Assembly: GCA_965261595.1 (NCBI GenBank)
Contig: CBDHDG010000005.1
Coordinates: 224,001 to 288,000 of the forward strand
Source of the DNA: a bacterium
GTDB lineage: Bacteria > UBA8248 > JACPRG01 > G963555815
Direction: 5' to 3'
Length of the DNA stretch: 64,000 nucleotides
Positions 28,495 through 38,418 of the stretch are shown here, piece by piece. The translations under genes were made by a program, and so were the position numbers. The stretch's first letter is position 1, and each line of letters begins with the position of its first letter. Below the pieces are notes generated by a model that saw only the letters and a program-made list of their open reading frames with translations, was not told the DNA's origin and did not search any database.

Positions 28495-29376
28495 TCAGGC
28501 GGTAACATTTTCGCCGATGGCCCGCTTCACGATACGGCGGGCGAAGACGCGCGAGAGTTCTTTCTTGTACCAGGCGGATCCCCGGGAATCCTCCATGGGG
28601 TCCACCCGGTCGAAGCAGTGCTCGGCGATCTCGTCGATGAGGGCGTCGTCCAGCCCCCGGCCGGCCGCCATCTCCGGGACCCCGGGCACGCGAAAGGGGA
28701 TTTCGGTCACGGACCCGAAAATGATCTCCAGCGAGCGGCACGTCCCGTCCCCTTCCAGTTCCGCAAACGCCGCCACGCCCAGGCAGGGCCAGTCGGTGGA
28801 GGTGTTGGGCGTGAATTTCAGATAGGCGGACCGCAAGGATGGCGGGGCGTCGGGAATCACGACGCTCCGGAGGATTTCGTCCTCCTCCAGGGCGGATTCC
28901 AGATAGCCGGTGAAGAAGTCGGCGAAGGGTATCTCCCGCTCCCCCCGGACGCTTTGGACGACCGCGTAGGCCCCCAGCCCGATGAGGACGGGGGGGGGGT
29001 CGGAATGCGGGTCCGCGTGAGCCAGCTCGCCGCCCAGCGTGCCCATGCACCGGATCCGGACGTTGGCCACCTGGCTCATCACCTCGGCCAGCAACGGGCA
29101 GTGCGCGCGGACCGTCGGTGAGGTTTCCAGCGTCCGGTGCAGAGCCCCGGCGCCGATGATCAGACCGACCCCCGATTCATGGCGGATGGCGTCGAAATCC
29201 CGGATGCGCCGCACGGCGACCAATCGCTCGGGCCGGAAGATTCGTTGTTTCATCAGGATGGAGAGCGCGATGCCGCCCCCGACGACCTTCACGCCTTCGC
29301 CAGCCTTGGAGAGTTGATCGCAGGCCTCCTCCAAGGAGGCGGGTTCGAGGATTTCCAGGGAGACCATCCGGTCCAT
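28495..29376 (-). CDS. Xanthine dehydrogenase/CoxM-family FAD subunit
   Basis: P.SLEEA, GGG..L, IR..GTLGG, D.RGSA.YK. Confidence 0.92.
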   Translation of the reverse strand: MDRMVSLEILEPASLEEACDQLSKAGEGVKVVGGGIALSILMKQRIFRPERLVAVRRIRDFDAIRHESGVGLIIGAGALHRTLETSPTVRAHCPLLAEVMSQVANVRIRCMGTLGGELAHADPHSDPPPVLIGLGAYAVVQSVRGEREIPFADFFTGYLESALEEDEILRSVVIPDAPPSLRSAYLKFTPNTSTDWPCLGVAAFAELEGDGTCRSLEIIFGSVTEIPFRVPGVPEMAAGRGLDDALIDEIAEHCFDRVDPMEDSRGSAWYKKELSRVFARRIVKRAIGENVTA

Positions 29377-29767
29377 CCTTTCTCAACATGAATTCACAGA
29401 GACAGGCGGTGAAGGCGCCCCCCTCCCGCGTGCAAACCATCCTGTCCTGTCGGGGAAGTCTCCAATCGGTCCGGTCAGGCCGCGGATCGGTCGCGGCGCG
29501 TCCCTGTCGTTACCGGATGCGGTTCCGCACGCGCCGACCGGACATTTGAATTCCAGGAACGGGAAAGTGTATTCCGACACGAAACGGGTTGTCAAGGTTG
29601 CGCGTTCGTTCGCGCTCCGGGATGGGCGGGGAGGCGGTTCACAAGCGGCGGGGCCGGACGCGCCGCGTCCCTCGGAAATCGGGTGTAAAATATCCAACCC
29701 CCAGTTTCCGGGGGGGATGGGCGCGTTCCGGTCCGGGATGAGCCCCGCGGTCAAGGAATTCTCGGAT

Positions 29768-30922
29768 ATGGCCAGCCGAAACCGATGGGTCCTCCTGGCA
29801 ATCGCCTGGTGCGTCGCGCTGAACCTGCGCGGGATCTCCCTCTCGGTGTCGCCCCTGTTGCCTTTCATCAAGAACGATCTGGGGTTGACGTACGTGGAGG
29901 CGGGGCTCCTGTTCTCGACGCCCACGATCCTGATGGCCGTCTTCGGGTTTCCCGGCGGATGGCTGGCGGACACCATCGGCATGAAGCGGACCCTGACCCT
30001 GGGCTTGGTGTTGATCCTGGCGGGCGCCGCGCTTCGGACGGCCGCGCCGGGTTTCCGGATGCTTTTGCTCTGGACGGCGCTTTTGGGGGCCGGTATGGGG
30101 ATCTCGGGCCCCTGCCTGACGCGGATGGTCAAGGACCGGTTCGCGGACCTGCCGGGCACGGCCACGGGCATCTACACGACCGGGATCATCATGGGCGCGA
30201 CGCTGGCGACGTGGCTGACCTATCCCTTCCTGTTGGGGTGGACCGGGTCCTGGAAGGGGACGTTCCTGGTTTGGAGCGCCGTCGCGTTGTTCGGGTTATT
30301 GGGATGGGTGCTGCTGGCCCCGTCCGGCGACGGCGCCGGCGGCGGCGCTCCGAAGATCGCGGGAATTTGGCGGGACAGGACGGTTTGGAAGCTGAACATC
30401 ATTTTTCTCGCCCAGGGGTTCGTGTTCTATTCCCTGTCCTCCTGGATACCGACGTACTATCACGAACTGGGCCTGACGCTGAAGACCAGCACGCGGATCC
30501 TGGCGGTGTTCATTTTTCTGAATCTGCCTTCAAGCCTGATCATTCCTTATGTCTCGGACAAAACCGGGGGAACCAAGACGAGCCTGATCGTTTCGGGCGC
30601 CATTCTTCTTCCGGCGGTGTTCGGGATAATCTTTTTTCCCCTGGCGTTGACTTGGTTCTACCCAATTTTGATGGGCGTTGCGATGGGGGGGATCTTCGCC
30701 CTGAGCTTTGCCTTGCCGCTGAAATACGTTGAGCCCCGCCTTGTGGGCAGCGTGGCGGGCGCGAACCTTCTGGTCGGGTACGGGGGGACCTTCGCCGGAC
30801 CCATCGTGATCGGTTGGGTCCACGACCTGACGGGCGAATTCACGGGGGGCTGGTTTCTCGTGATCAGGTCGATCGTCCTGCTCATGCTGACCGCCTGGCG
30901 GCTGCCGAAGCAGGTGTATTAA
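29768..30922 (+). CDS. MFS transporter (CynX-like)
   Basis: NLR...SVSPLL..I..DLGL; ~12 hydrophobic segments; GY...GP...G..HD.TG. Confidence 0.85.
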   Translation: MASRNRWVLLAIAWCVALNLRGISLSVSPLLPFIKNDLGLTYVEAGLLFSTPTILMAVFGFPGGWLADTIGMKRTLTLGLVLILAGAALRTAAPGFRMLLLWTALLGAGMGISGPCLTRMVKDRFADLPGTATGIYTTGIIMGATLATWLTYPFLLGWTGSWKGTFLVWSAVALFGLLGWVLLAPSGDGAGGGAPKIAGIWRDRTVWKLNIIFLAQGFVFYSLSSWIPTYYHELGLTLKTSTRILAVFIFLNLPSSLIIPYVSDKTGGTKTSLIVSGAILLPAVFGIIFFPLALTWFYPILMGVAMGGIFALSFALPLKYVEPRLVGSVAGANLLVGYGGTFAGPIVIGWVHDLTGEFTGGWFLVIRSIVLLMLTAWRLPKQVY

Positions 30923-30952
30923 TCCACCCTCGGGGAGGGGGACGCCGCCTGC

Positions 30953-31165
30953 CTACGAAGCGGTCGGATTTTCCCCGTCCCTGTTTTCCGGGTCTTTCTT
31001 CTCGGAGGGCGAGTATTCATCCAGATAACGGCGGATGGCCGACGTGACGATCTCTGTGACCGTTCTCCGCTCTTGGGTGACGATCGAGTCCAGCTTTTTT
31101 GTGACGTCCGGGGGCAGGGCGAGGGTGTGGACCCTGACCGCGCGGAATCGAATGCCCTGGGCCAT
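30953..31165 (-). CDS. Small ribbon-helix-helix (CopG-like) protein
   Basis: GGAGGAG RBS; TLALP.....LD......RT..EIV..AIRRYL pattern. Confidence 0.65.
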   Translation of the reverse strand: MAQGIRFRAVRVHTLALPPDVTKKLDSIVTQERRTVTEIVTSAIRRYLDEYSPSEKKDPENRDGENPTAS

Positions 31166-31242
31166 CTTTCTCCTCCCACCTTTCCTCCGGCCGCATCCCC
31201 CGGTCTTGCGGGGCGCCGTTTTCAAAACAGTGAACGCGGGCG

Positions 31243-31905
31243 TCAGGACGCCCCGTTGAAGTCGGGTCCGATGAACTCCATGTACGGCTTCGAATACGAA
31301 GCGATGAAATGATTCGTGCGATCCTCGATAAGCCCCTCCACCTTCTCCTGGATTTCCGGCGTCGTTGCGTAGCGCTCCAGGATCAGCCGGCCGGTGTGGA
31401 TGTGATTGCCCTCGTGGGCCATGACCTCCTCCTCGATGACCCGGGCGGACTCCTTATCCACAAGCGTGACCAGCTTTTCCATGCACGCGGCCAGGATGAA
31501 CTCGCCCGTCAGGTTGCTCGCGGCCGCGATGTAGACCGGATGGTCCCAGGAGAGGGTCTTCTCGAGCATGCCGTTGTGGGCGGGTCCGGCCTTGAATCGG
31601 GTGAGGTCGCTCTCCGCCCCGCGGTCGGCGACGAGCTTGGCGAAGACCTGGTAGTGGTGATATTCCTCGACGAGCTGTTGTGTGAGGAGAAGCTTGAGGT
31701 CGAGGTCTTCCGGAGAAATGAGGGTGATCATTTTGGCCGGGCAAAAGACGCCGAGGTAATACTCTCTCCATTCGTGAGACTGGAAGGTGGCGGTGATCTC
31801 GTCCTCGGAAAGCGTAGGCGTGCGCTCCAGGACGGTTTCCTTCATTTTCTCGGCGTTTTCCGTCGCCCTGGCAAGAATCCGCTTGGCAAATTCCCGGCTG
31901 TCCAT
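31243..31905 (-). CDS. Ferritin-like (di-iron carboxylate) domain protein
   Basis: E...EEYHH...E...HEGNH helical ligand pattern; AGGAGG RBS. Confidence 0.7.
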   Translation of the reverse strand: MDSREFAKRILARATENAEKMKETVLERTPTLSEDEITATFQSHEWREYYLGVFCPAKMITLISPEDLDLKLLLTQQLVEEYHHYQVFAKLVADRGAESDLTRFKAGPAHNGMLEKTLSWDHPVYIAAASNLTGEFILAACMEKLVTLVDKESARVIEEEVMAHEGNHIHTGRLILERYATTPEIQEKVEGLIEDRTNHFIASYSKPYMEFIGPDFNGAS

Positions 31906-32066
31906 CGCCTCGCCTCCTTCAGGTCTTGAGGGTGGATTTCAGACCCTTGAAAGTTCCGCCTTGGAGTCCCTTTCGCGGTTTGGGCGAAGGTGAAATCCTG
32001 TCATAAGGTGGAAGCCCCGGCGAGGCGTCCCTCGCGGCGCGGCGTCCGGCGCGTTTTTGGTTCGAG

Positions 32067-33003
32067 GTGTCAACGTTACTTGATTCCGGCGGGCTTGCAA
32101 AGTTGATTTTTTTCTCTGCTGAGGTTCTGGCCCTTCTGACCGCTCTGGCCTTCGCCGTCAGCGACACCTTGATGGGGGCGGGAGTCCGGACCTCGACCCC
32201 TTATACGGGCGCGGTCGCCCTGACCTTCCTGGTCGGGGTTTGCTACGCCGCGGCCATGCCGTGGGTCCTCCCCGGCCTGGAGTTGAACGCGGCGGGCGTC
32301 TTCTGGTTCCTTCTGGTGGGCATTTCCCAGCTCGGGTTGGGGATGTTCTTCTTCTACCTCAGCATGCGCCGCGTCGGCGTCGCCCGGGCGGCGGTGATCT
32401 CGGTCTCCGCGCCCGTCTTCAGCGTGGCCCTGGCCGTCCTCTTCCTGGGAGAGCGGCCCACGGTCTTCATCTACATCGGCACGGTGACGGTTGTCCTGGG
32501 CGTCATGGTCTCGGCGGGGAGGAAGCAGGGAACGGGGGAGGGTCGGCGGATGAGTCCGGCGGACCTGGCGTTCCCCCTCCTCACGGCCTTCCTGTTCGGC
32601 GTGAGTCCCCTCTTCCGCAAGGTCGGGCTGGGGAGCATCGCGTCCATCCCCCTGGCGTCGGCGCTTGCGGGGATGGGCGGGTTGGCGACGCTCCTGCTCT
32701 TGGGCCCGGTCTTCCCCCGGCCGGAGCGGTTTGTGTTCGCGCCGAGGTCCGCGCGGCTCTTTCGCCGGGGGCCTCGTGATGGTGGGCGCGCAGGCCACCT
32801 TCTTTCTGGCCCTGCAATCCGGACCGGTCTCCGTCGTGGTCCCCCTGATTTTCGTCAAGCCCGTTTTTGTCGCCGTCATTGTCTTTCTGACCGGCCGGGG
32901 GAGGGAGGGGAGGGGGGGGAAGAGGAAGAAGATGGGCGCGGGCGTCTATCTCGGCGCCGCTCTGATGGCGGCCGGGGCCTGGCTGCTTTTGGGATTTCGT
33001 TAA
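32067..33003 (+). CDS. EamA/DMT-family transporter, frameshifted at ~32760
   Basis: Two EamA-like halves; the second continues in another frame (ALQSGPVSVVVPL). Confidence 0.75.
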
Positions 33004-33028
33004 GGGGGGGGGATTTACGGGGTCTTGC

Positions 33029-33646
33029 TCAGGGGGCCGAGGCGTCCCGTCCAAGGAGGAGACGTTTCACCCGCGCGACCACGTCCGGCCTCATCCAGTC
33101 CCGGTCGCCGAAGATCCGTTTTACGATGAGACCGTCGCGTCCGATGAGGTAGGTGACGGGGAGGCCGTGGACGGCGTATGCCCGCACCGATCGGCCAAGG
33201 GGATCGAAGACGACGGGAAAGGTGACGCCCACATCTTTCACGAACGCGGCCGCGGACCCGCTTTCCGGCTCGTCCGCGTCGATGTTGATCCCTAGGACAA
33301 CCAGCCCTTCTTGTTTGTAGACCTTGCCCAGGGCCTCCAAGGAGGGCATTTCCTTCCGGCAGGGAACGCACCAAGTCGCCCAGAAGTTCAGGATCACCGC
33401 CTTCCGGTTCCGGTAGGACGAGAGTCGCAGCGTTCCGCCTCCCCGGCGCTCCAGCTCGAAATCCGGCGCGAGGAGACCGGGGCGGGTGCCCACGTCGCCC
33501 GCCTCCCGCGCGCGCTCCTCGATGCTTTTCGGGATCTCGGGCTTCCCTTTGAACCAATCCCGCCAGCCCGCCTCGGCGCCCGATGACGCGGCCAGCGCCA
33601 GAATGCCCGAAGCCAAGAGAACGGAAAGGACCGGATTCGCATTCAC
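33029..33646 (-). CDS. TlpA/ResA-like thiol-disulfide oxidoreductase
   Basis: Signal peptide; APDF, LNFWATWCVPCRKEMP, GLPVTYLI. Confidence 0.92.
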   Translation of the reverse strand: MNANPVLSVLLASGILALAASSGAEAGWRDWFKGKPEIPKSIEERAREAGDVGTRPGLLAPDFELERRGGGTLRLSSYRNRKAVILNFWATWCVPCRKEMPSLEALGKVYKQEGLVVLGINIDADEPESGSAAAFVKDVGVTFPVVFDPLGRSVRAYAVHGLPVTYLIGRDGLIVKRIFGDRDWMRPDVVARVKRLLLGRDASAP

Positions 33647-34032
33647 GGGCGGAGGTTCCCCCTTCGTGCGGGTGGGCTTGGAACAATCGCCCTGATTATA
33701 TGAAATGGATGACTTGCGATAAAGCGGGGGAGGGTGAAGGTGTGCCGGATGATCCGCAAGAACGCCGCGCCGGGTGCCGTCCGAACCGAATTATTTCTTC
33801 GAGTCCTCCGGGAATAATCTCTGAATAAAGTGGTTCTTATTTATTTACTATTGCTGTCTATGATAAGCGTTTATGGATATTTTAAGACATGTTGAATTTC
33901 GCTACAATTTAATATTGTCGAACAGATGGTTATTATCATCTGGAATAAATATGCAATAAGGCGGTTATCATCATCGAGAATGCGGAGGCGCCTCCAAAAC
34001 CCGTGTTTCTCTCAGGTAGGAGGAGTCAAGAG

Positions 34033-34488
34033 ATGAAGAAGCGGAATACGCCTGTTTGGCTTCTGGCATTGGTCGCCGCCGTTTCGCTGGCCGCGCTGAG
34101 CGCGGACGGGCTGGCCCAGTCCAAGCTGAAAGGCTTCGGCAGGACCGTCCAGATCGATGTGCTCGAAGGCTTTATGTCCGCCGAGCACATTGTGATCGAT
34201 CGCGGCACGACGGTCATCTGGCATAACGCCACGGACAAAGCGGTCAACATCGTTTTCGGCATCGGCGAGAAGGCCAAGCGCGCCTGCGTCGCCCCGACGC
34301 GGTTTGTCCTCCAGGGAGGCGAGTACTGGGCCCAGTCGATCCCCCCGGGCGGCGTGGCCAGCTTGTGCTTCGTACAGTCGGGAACGTTTGATTACTCGGT
34401 GGCCCCGGACGGCGTCCCCGGCGGCGAAGGCTCGAAACCCGCAAGAGGATTGATATCGGTCAGGAGTGGAAAACCGGCGGGCGCATAA
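34033..34488 (+). CDS. Exported cupredoxin-fold protein
   Basis: AGGAG RBS, signal peptide, I.RGTTVIW.N ... IPPG...SL.F...GTFDY. Confidence 0.65.
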   Translation: MKKRNTPVWLLALVAAVSLAALSADGLAQSKLKGFGRTVQIDVLEGFMSAEHIVIDRGTTVIWHNATDKAVNIVFGIGEKAKRACVAPTRFVLQGGEYWAQSIPPGGVASLCFVQSGTFDYSVAPDGVPGGEGSKPARGLISVRSGKPAGA

Positions 34489-34514
34489 GGTAAAAAGTAA
34501 AAAGAGAAATGGAG

Positions 34515-34551
34515 AAGGCCCCGCGGCGGGTGCGCCGCGGGGCCTTTTTTT
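34515..34551 (+). terminator. Intrinsic terminator between convergent genes
   Basis: AAGGCCCCGCGGCG-GGTG-CGCCGCGGGGCCTT followed by a T-tract. Confidence 0.85.
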
Positions 34552-34559
34552 CGGGTGCG

Positions 34560-35330
34560 TTAGATCAGCGAGCGGGACTGCCCGCCGTCGACGTTGAGGC
34601 AGACGCCGTTGATGAGGCTGGCCGGCGCGGACGCCAGGAAGGCCACGACGCTTCCGATCTCCTCCGGTCGGCCCATCCGGCCGTAGGGCATCTCGGCGCG
34701 GATGAAGGCGTCGACCTTCTCGGGGTCCTCCCGGCGGCGCTTCCACCAGGAGCCGCCCTCGAACATGATCGATCCGGGGGCGATGGAGTTGACGGTGATT
34801 GCGTCGTCCGTCACGGAGCGGGCGATCTGCTTGGTCAGGGCGATCATCGCGGCCTTGGAGGACATGTACGTGGCGTTGCCGCCCCACTCCCGGCCGAAGA
34901 TGGATGAGATGTTGATGATTCGGCCCCACCCGCGTTTTTTCATCCCGGGCAGCGCCAGGCGCGTCAGGGCGACCGCCGAGAAGAAGTTGATCTCGAACGC
35001 CCGCCGCCAGGTCTCGTCGTCCGCGTCGATGTTTCCGCCCGGGTTGGAGCCGCCGATGTTGTTGACGAGGATGTCCACGCGGCCGAATCGGGCCTGAGTC
35101 TCGGCGAAAAACCGATCGGTGTCCTCCTTCTTTCCCGCGTCCCCCTTAAGCGTGAGCGCCTCGACGCCCCGGGCCCCGATCTCTCTCGCGGCCGTTTTCA
35201 GATCCTCGGCGCCGCGGGCCATCGTGCTGACATGGCAGCCCTCGGCCGCCAGGGCCAGTGCGGAGGCCTTCCCGAGTCCCCGGCTTCCCCCGGTGATCAT
35301 CGCGACGCGGTCTTTGAGTTCCAGGTCCAT
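34560..35330 (-). CDS. SDR-family oxidoreductase
   Basis: TGGSRGLG, DILVNN, NISS, YMSSK, VDGG. Confidence 0.93.
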   Translation of the reverse strand: MDLELKDRVAMITGGSRGLGKASALALAAEGCHVSTMARGAEDLKTAAREIGARGVEALTLKGDAGKKEDTDRFFAETQARFGRVDILVNNIGGSNPGGNIDADDETWRRAFEINFFSAVALTRLALPGMKKRGWGRIINISSIFGREWGGNATYMSSKAAMIALTKQIARSVTDDAITVNSIAPGSIMFEGGSWWKRRREDPEKVDAFIRAEMPYGRMGRPEEIGSVVAFLASAPASLINGVCLNVDGGQSRSLI

Positions 35331-35522
35331 CTCATCGGCTCCTTCTGTGGCGGATTCGCGGGGTTTGCGGCCCCCGGGGTTGAAAGCCGCCGGTGTCCGG
35401 CGAGGTCGCCCGCTTGGTCGATACCGGATTTCCAATTCATGAGCTATAATAAAATTGTATTGTCGGAATGATCAATCCGGGGCGGGCGCGGTCCTGCCCG
35501 GAAGAATGAATCGGGGGAACCC

Positions 35523-37571
35523 ATGAAAACCATCCGGACCACCTGCGCGCTGGATTGCCAGGACGCCTGCGGCATCGACGCCGACGTCGAGGACGGTCGG
35601 GTCGTCCGCCTGCGCGGCGCCCAGGATCATCCCTACACCGAGGGCTTCCTGTGCATCCGCCTCAACCGGTTTCTCGACCGGCTCTACGGCCCCGAGCGGG
35701 TGACGCGCCCGAAGCGGAAGACAAAGTCCGGCTGGCAAGAGATCGCGTGGGACGACGCCCTGGACCTGGCCGCGGAGAAGTTCCGCGCCGCCGTGGACGA
35801 ATACGGCTCGACCTCGATTCTGTATTACATGGACGTGGGGTCGTTCGCGATCTCCAAGCAGTACAACATCCGCCTGTTCAACCGGTTGGGCGGGCCTACC
35901 GTCGCTTCGGGCAGTCTGTGTTTGGGCGCGGGGCTCGCCGGCATGCTCCAGAGCCTGGGCCGCGTGTCGGGACACGAGCCCTCGGACATGCTCAACAGCC
36001 GGATGGTCGTTCTGTGGGGCCGGAACCCGGCCGCGTACGCTGTCCACCTCGTGCCCCTGATCAAGAGGGCGCGGGAGCGGGGGATCGAGATCGTCCTCAT
36101 CGACCCGGTCCGGACTGAGTCGGCGAAGTTCTGCGACCGCCACTATGCCCCGAGGCCGGGGGGGGACGGATTTCTGGCGCTCGCCATCTGCAAGCACCTC
36201 CTCGATTCGGGCAAGGCCGACCGGAAATTCCTGGAGAACCGATCGGCGAACCCCGAGGCCATCGAGAAAATGGCTGAAAGCTTCTCCTGGGACCGGCTGG
36301 CGGCCGGCTGCGGGCTTCCGCCCGAGACCCTGCGGGAGATCGCCGGCCTCTTCGAGCGGAACCATCCCGCCTGCATCCTCATGGGCAAAGGCCCCCAGCA
36401 CTACCGGCAGGGGACCGAGATCACCCGCCTCATCCTGGCCGCCGCGGCGGTCTCCGGCAACATCGGGGTCCCGGGGGGCGGCTTTCAGTACTCCTCCGAT
36501 TTCTGGGCGCCCTTCGACCGGTCCTTGATGGGGGAGGCGTTCGTCGAAAATCGCCGGACCGTGCCCAAGGGGATCCTGGGCGAGGCCATCCTGAACACAG
36601 AAAATCCGCCCCTTCGGGCGGCCTTCATCAACGGCGGAAACCCTGTGACCCAGTGTCCCAACTCCAAGAAAGTGGCCAAGGCCCTCCGGTCCATCGATTT
36701 CGTGACCGTCGTCGACCAATTCATGACTGACACGGCCGAGTGCGCGGACCTGTTCCTTCCGTGCGCCATGTTTCTGGAGGAGCGCGACGTCCGGCCGGCG
36801 AGCTGGAACCCCTACGTCGGGCCGGTGATCCCGGCGGCGGCGCCCCTGGACGGCGTCAAAACGGATTGGCAGATCATCGGCGAGCTGGCGAAACGCATGG
36901 GGGTGGAAGACCCGTATCTGGGAGAGCCGGTCGAGAAGCTGCTCGAAGGGATCCTGGCGCCGATGGCGGCCCACGGCCTCGACCCCAAGCGGGCGATGAG
37001 CGAGTTCTTCCGCAAGCCCAACGCCCCGGACGTGGCCTTCGCGGAAGGGGAGGGGGGGGGAGATTTCTCGACCCGCTCGGGCAAGTTCGAGTTCCTGGAA
37101 GCGTGGACGCCGGACGGCCTCGGCGGCGTGAGCGGCGCGGACTCGCCCGCCGGTGGGACGGACCCGCCCGTCGGCGGGACGGACCGGGCTGAAGGCTCCG
37201 GCGCGCCGGATGGAGAGGATGACCCGTACCCCCTCAACCTGCTCTCTCTGAAGGACCCAAAATCCCAGGCGTCCCAGACCCTGGAGTCCACGCAGGAGCG
37301 GCGGGAGGCCAAGGCGTGGCTTCACCCCGAAACCGCCGCGCGGTTCGGGGTGAAAGAGAACGCGGAAGGGAGGCTGGTTTCCGCGTACGGATCTTACGCC
37401 GTGAGATTCGTCCTGGACGACGGCGTCCGGACCGACGTATGCGTGGCCCGGGCGGGGGGATGGCTGAAAAAGGACCGGGGGGTCAACGTCCTCACGGGCG
37501 ACGTTCTTTCGACATACGGCGAAACCCCCGGCTATTACGAGACGAAGGTCCGCGTCGTCATGGACGCCTGA
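35523..37571 (+). CDS. Molybdopterin-dependent oxidoreductase (DMSO reductase superfamily)
   Basis: N-terminal CALDCQDAC...C 4Fe-4S motif, WGRNP, IDP, DQFMTDTA..ADL.LP, C-terminal molybdopterin-dinucleotide domain. Confidence 0.9.
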   Translation: MKTIRTTCALDCQDACGIDADVEDGRVVRLRGAQDHPYTEGFLCIRLNRFLDRLYGPERVTRPKRKTKSGWQEIAWDDALDLAAEKFRAAVDEYGSTSILYYMDVGSFAISKQYNIRLFNRLGGPTVASGSLCLGAGLAGMLQSLGRVSGHEPSDMLNSRMVVLWGRNPAAYAVHLVPLIKRARERGIEIVLIDPVRTESAKFCDRHYAPRPGGDGFLALAICKHLLDSGKADRKFLENRSANPEAIEKMAESFSWDRLAAGCGLPPETLREIAGLFERNHPACILMGKGPQHYRQGTEITRLILAAAAVSGNIGVPGGGFQYSSDFWAPFDRSLMGEAFVENRRTVPKGILGEAILNTENPPLRAAFINGGNPVTQCPNSKKVAKALRSIDFVTVVDQFMTDTAECADLFLPCAMFLEERDVRPASWNPYVGPVIPAAAPLDGVKTDWQIIGELAKRMGVEDPYLGEPVEKLLEGILAPMAAHGLDPKRAMSEFFRKPNAPDVAFAEGEGGGDFSTRSGKFEFLEAWTPDGLGGVSGADSPAGGTDPPVGGTDRAEGSGAPDGEDDPYPLNLLSLKDPKSQASQTLESTQERREAKAWLHPETAARFGVKENAEGRLVSAYGSYAVRFVLDDGVRTDVCVARAGGWLKKDRGVNVLTGDVLSTYGETPGYYETKVRVVMDA

Positions 37572-37606
37572 ACCGTTGCCCCCCGGAGGGGAGCGGTCCT
37601 CGCCCG

Positions 37607-38375
37607 TTGAAAGGGCGCATTCGCGGCCCCCATCATCGACCACCATACGCACCTTCATCTCAACTACGGGCATGACGCCCGGACCGGGACCGGGGACGTC
37701 CTCACGGCCATGGAAGAGGCGGATGTCGCGCACTCGATCATCATCGACGTCTGCGGGATCTATGGCGAGGATTACCGCGAGGGGAACGACCACGCGGCCG
37801 AAGCCGTCCGGGAGCATCCCGACAAGCTGACCGGATTCGCTTATCTTCATCCCCCCTACGCCGGGATCGAAGCCTGTCTGGCGGAAGCCGACCGCTGCAT
37901 CCGGAAGCTGGGGTTCAGGGGGCTGAAGATCCACCCCGTCACCGATTACCACCCCATCAACAGCCCGGAGTTCGTCTATCCGCTGGTGGAGAAGGCCGTC
38001 GAGCACGATGTGCCCTTCTTCGTTCACACGGGCCACCCGCCCATGTCGGGCCCCATCCTGATGGCGGACCTGGCGCGCAAACACCCGAAGGCCAAGCTGA
38101 TCCTGGGCCACCTGGGGCACGCAATGTTCTCCGACGCCTGCTGGGTCGGGAAGGAATACCCCAACGTCTACGCGGACCTCTCGATGAACCAGTTCGGGGC
38201 CATCAAGAACGCCTACCGCGCCTTCGGGCCGGACCGGATGCTCTTCGGATCGGACAGCCCGACCAGCCACCCCATCGGCGCGAAGTCGTTCGTCGAGAAC
38301 CTGCCGATCCCCTCCGAAGAGAAGGAGCGGATCCTCGGCGGGAACATTGTCCGCCTTTGCGGGTTGGATCTGTAG
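37607..38375 (+). CDS. Amidohydrolase_2 family protein; probable +1 frameshift in the C-run at 37627-37631
   Basis: GGAGG RBS and TTG at 37607; IIDHHTH lies upstream of and in frame with ORF 37710; GLKIHP, HTG, GHLG, FGSDSP. Confidence 0.8.
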
Positions 38376-38418
38376 GAATTTTCTCCCCGGCCCGTGAAGG
38401 AGGGAATCCGCGCCCGTT

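Noticed and set aside
25659..29376. Aerobic CO dehydrogenase (coxMSL)
   Set aside because: The large subunit lacks the AYxCSFR active-site loop; it is a generic xanthine-dehydrogenase-family enzyme.
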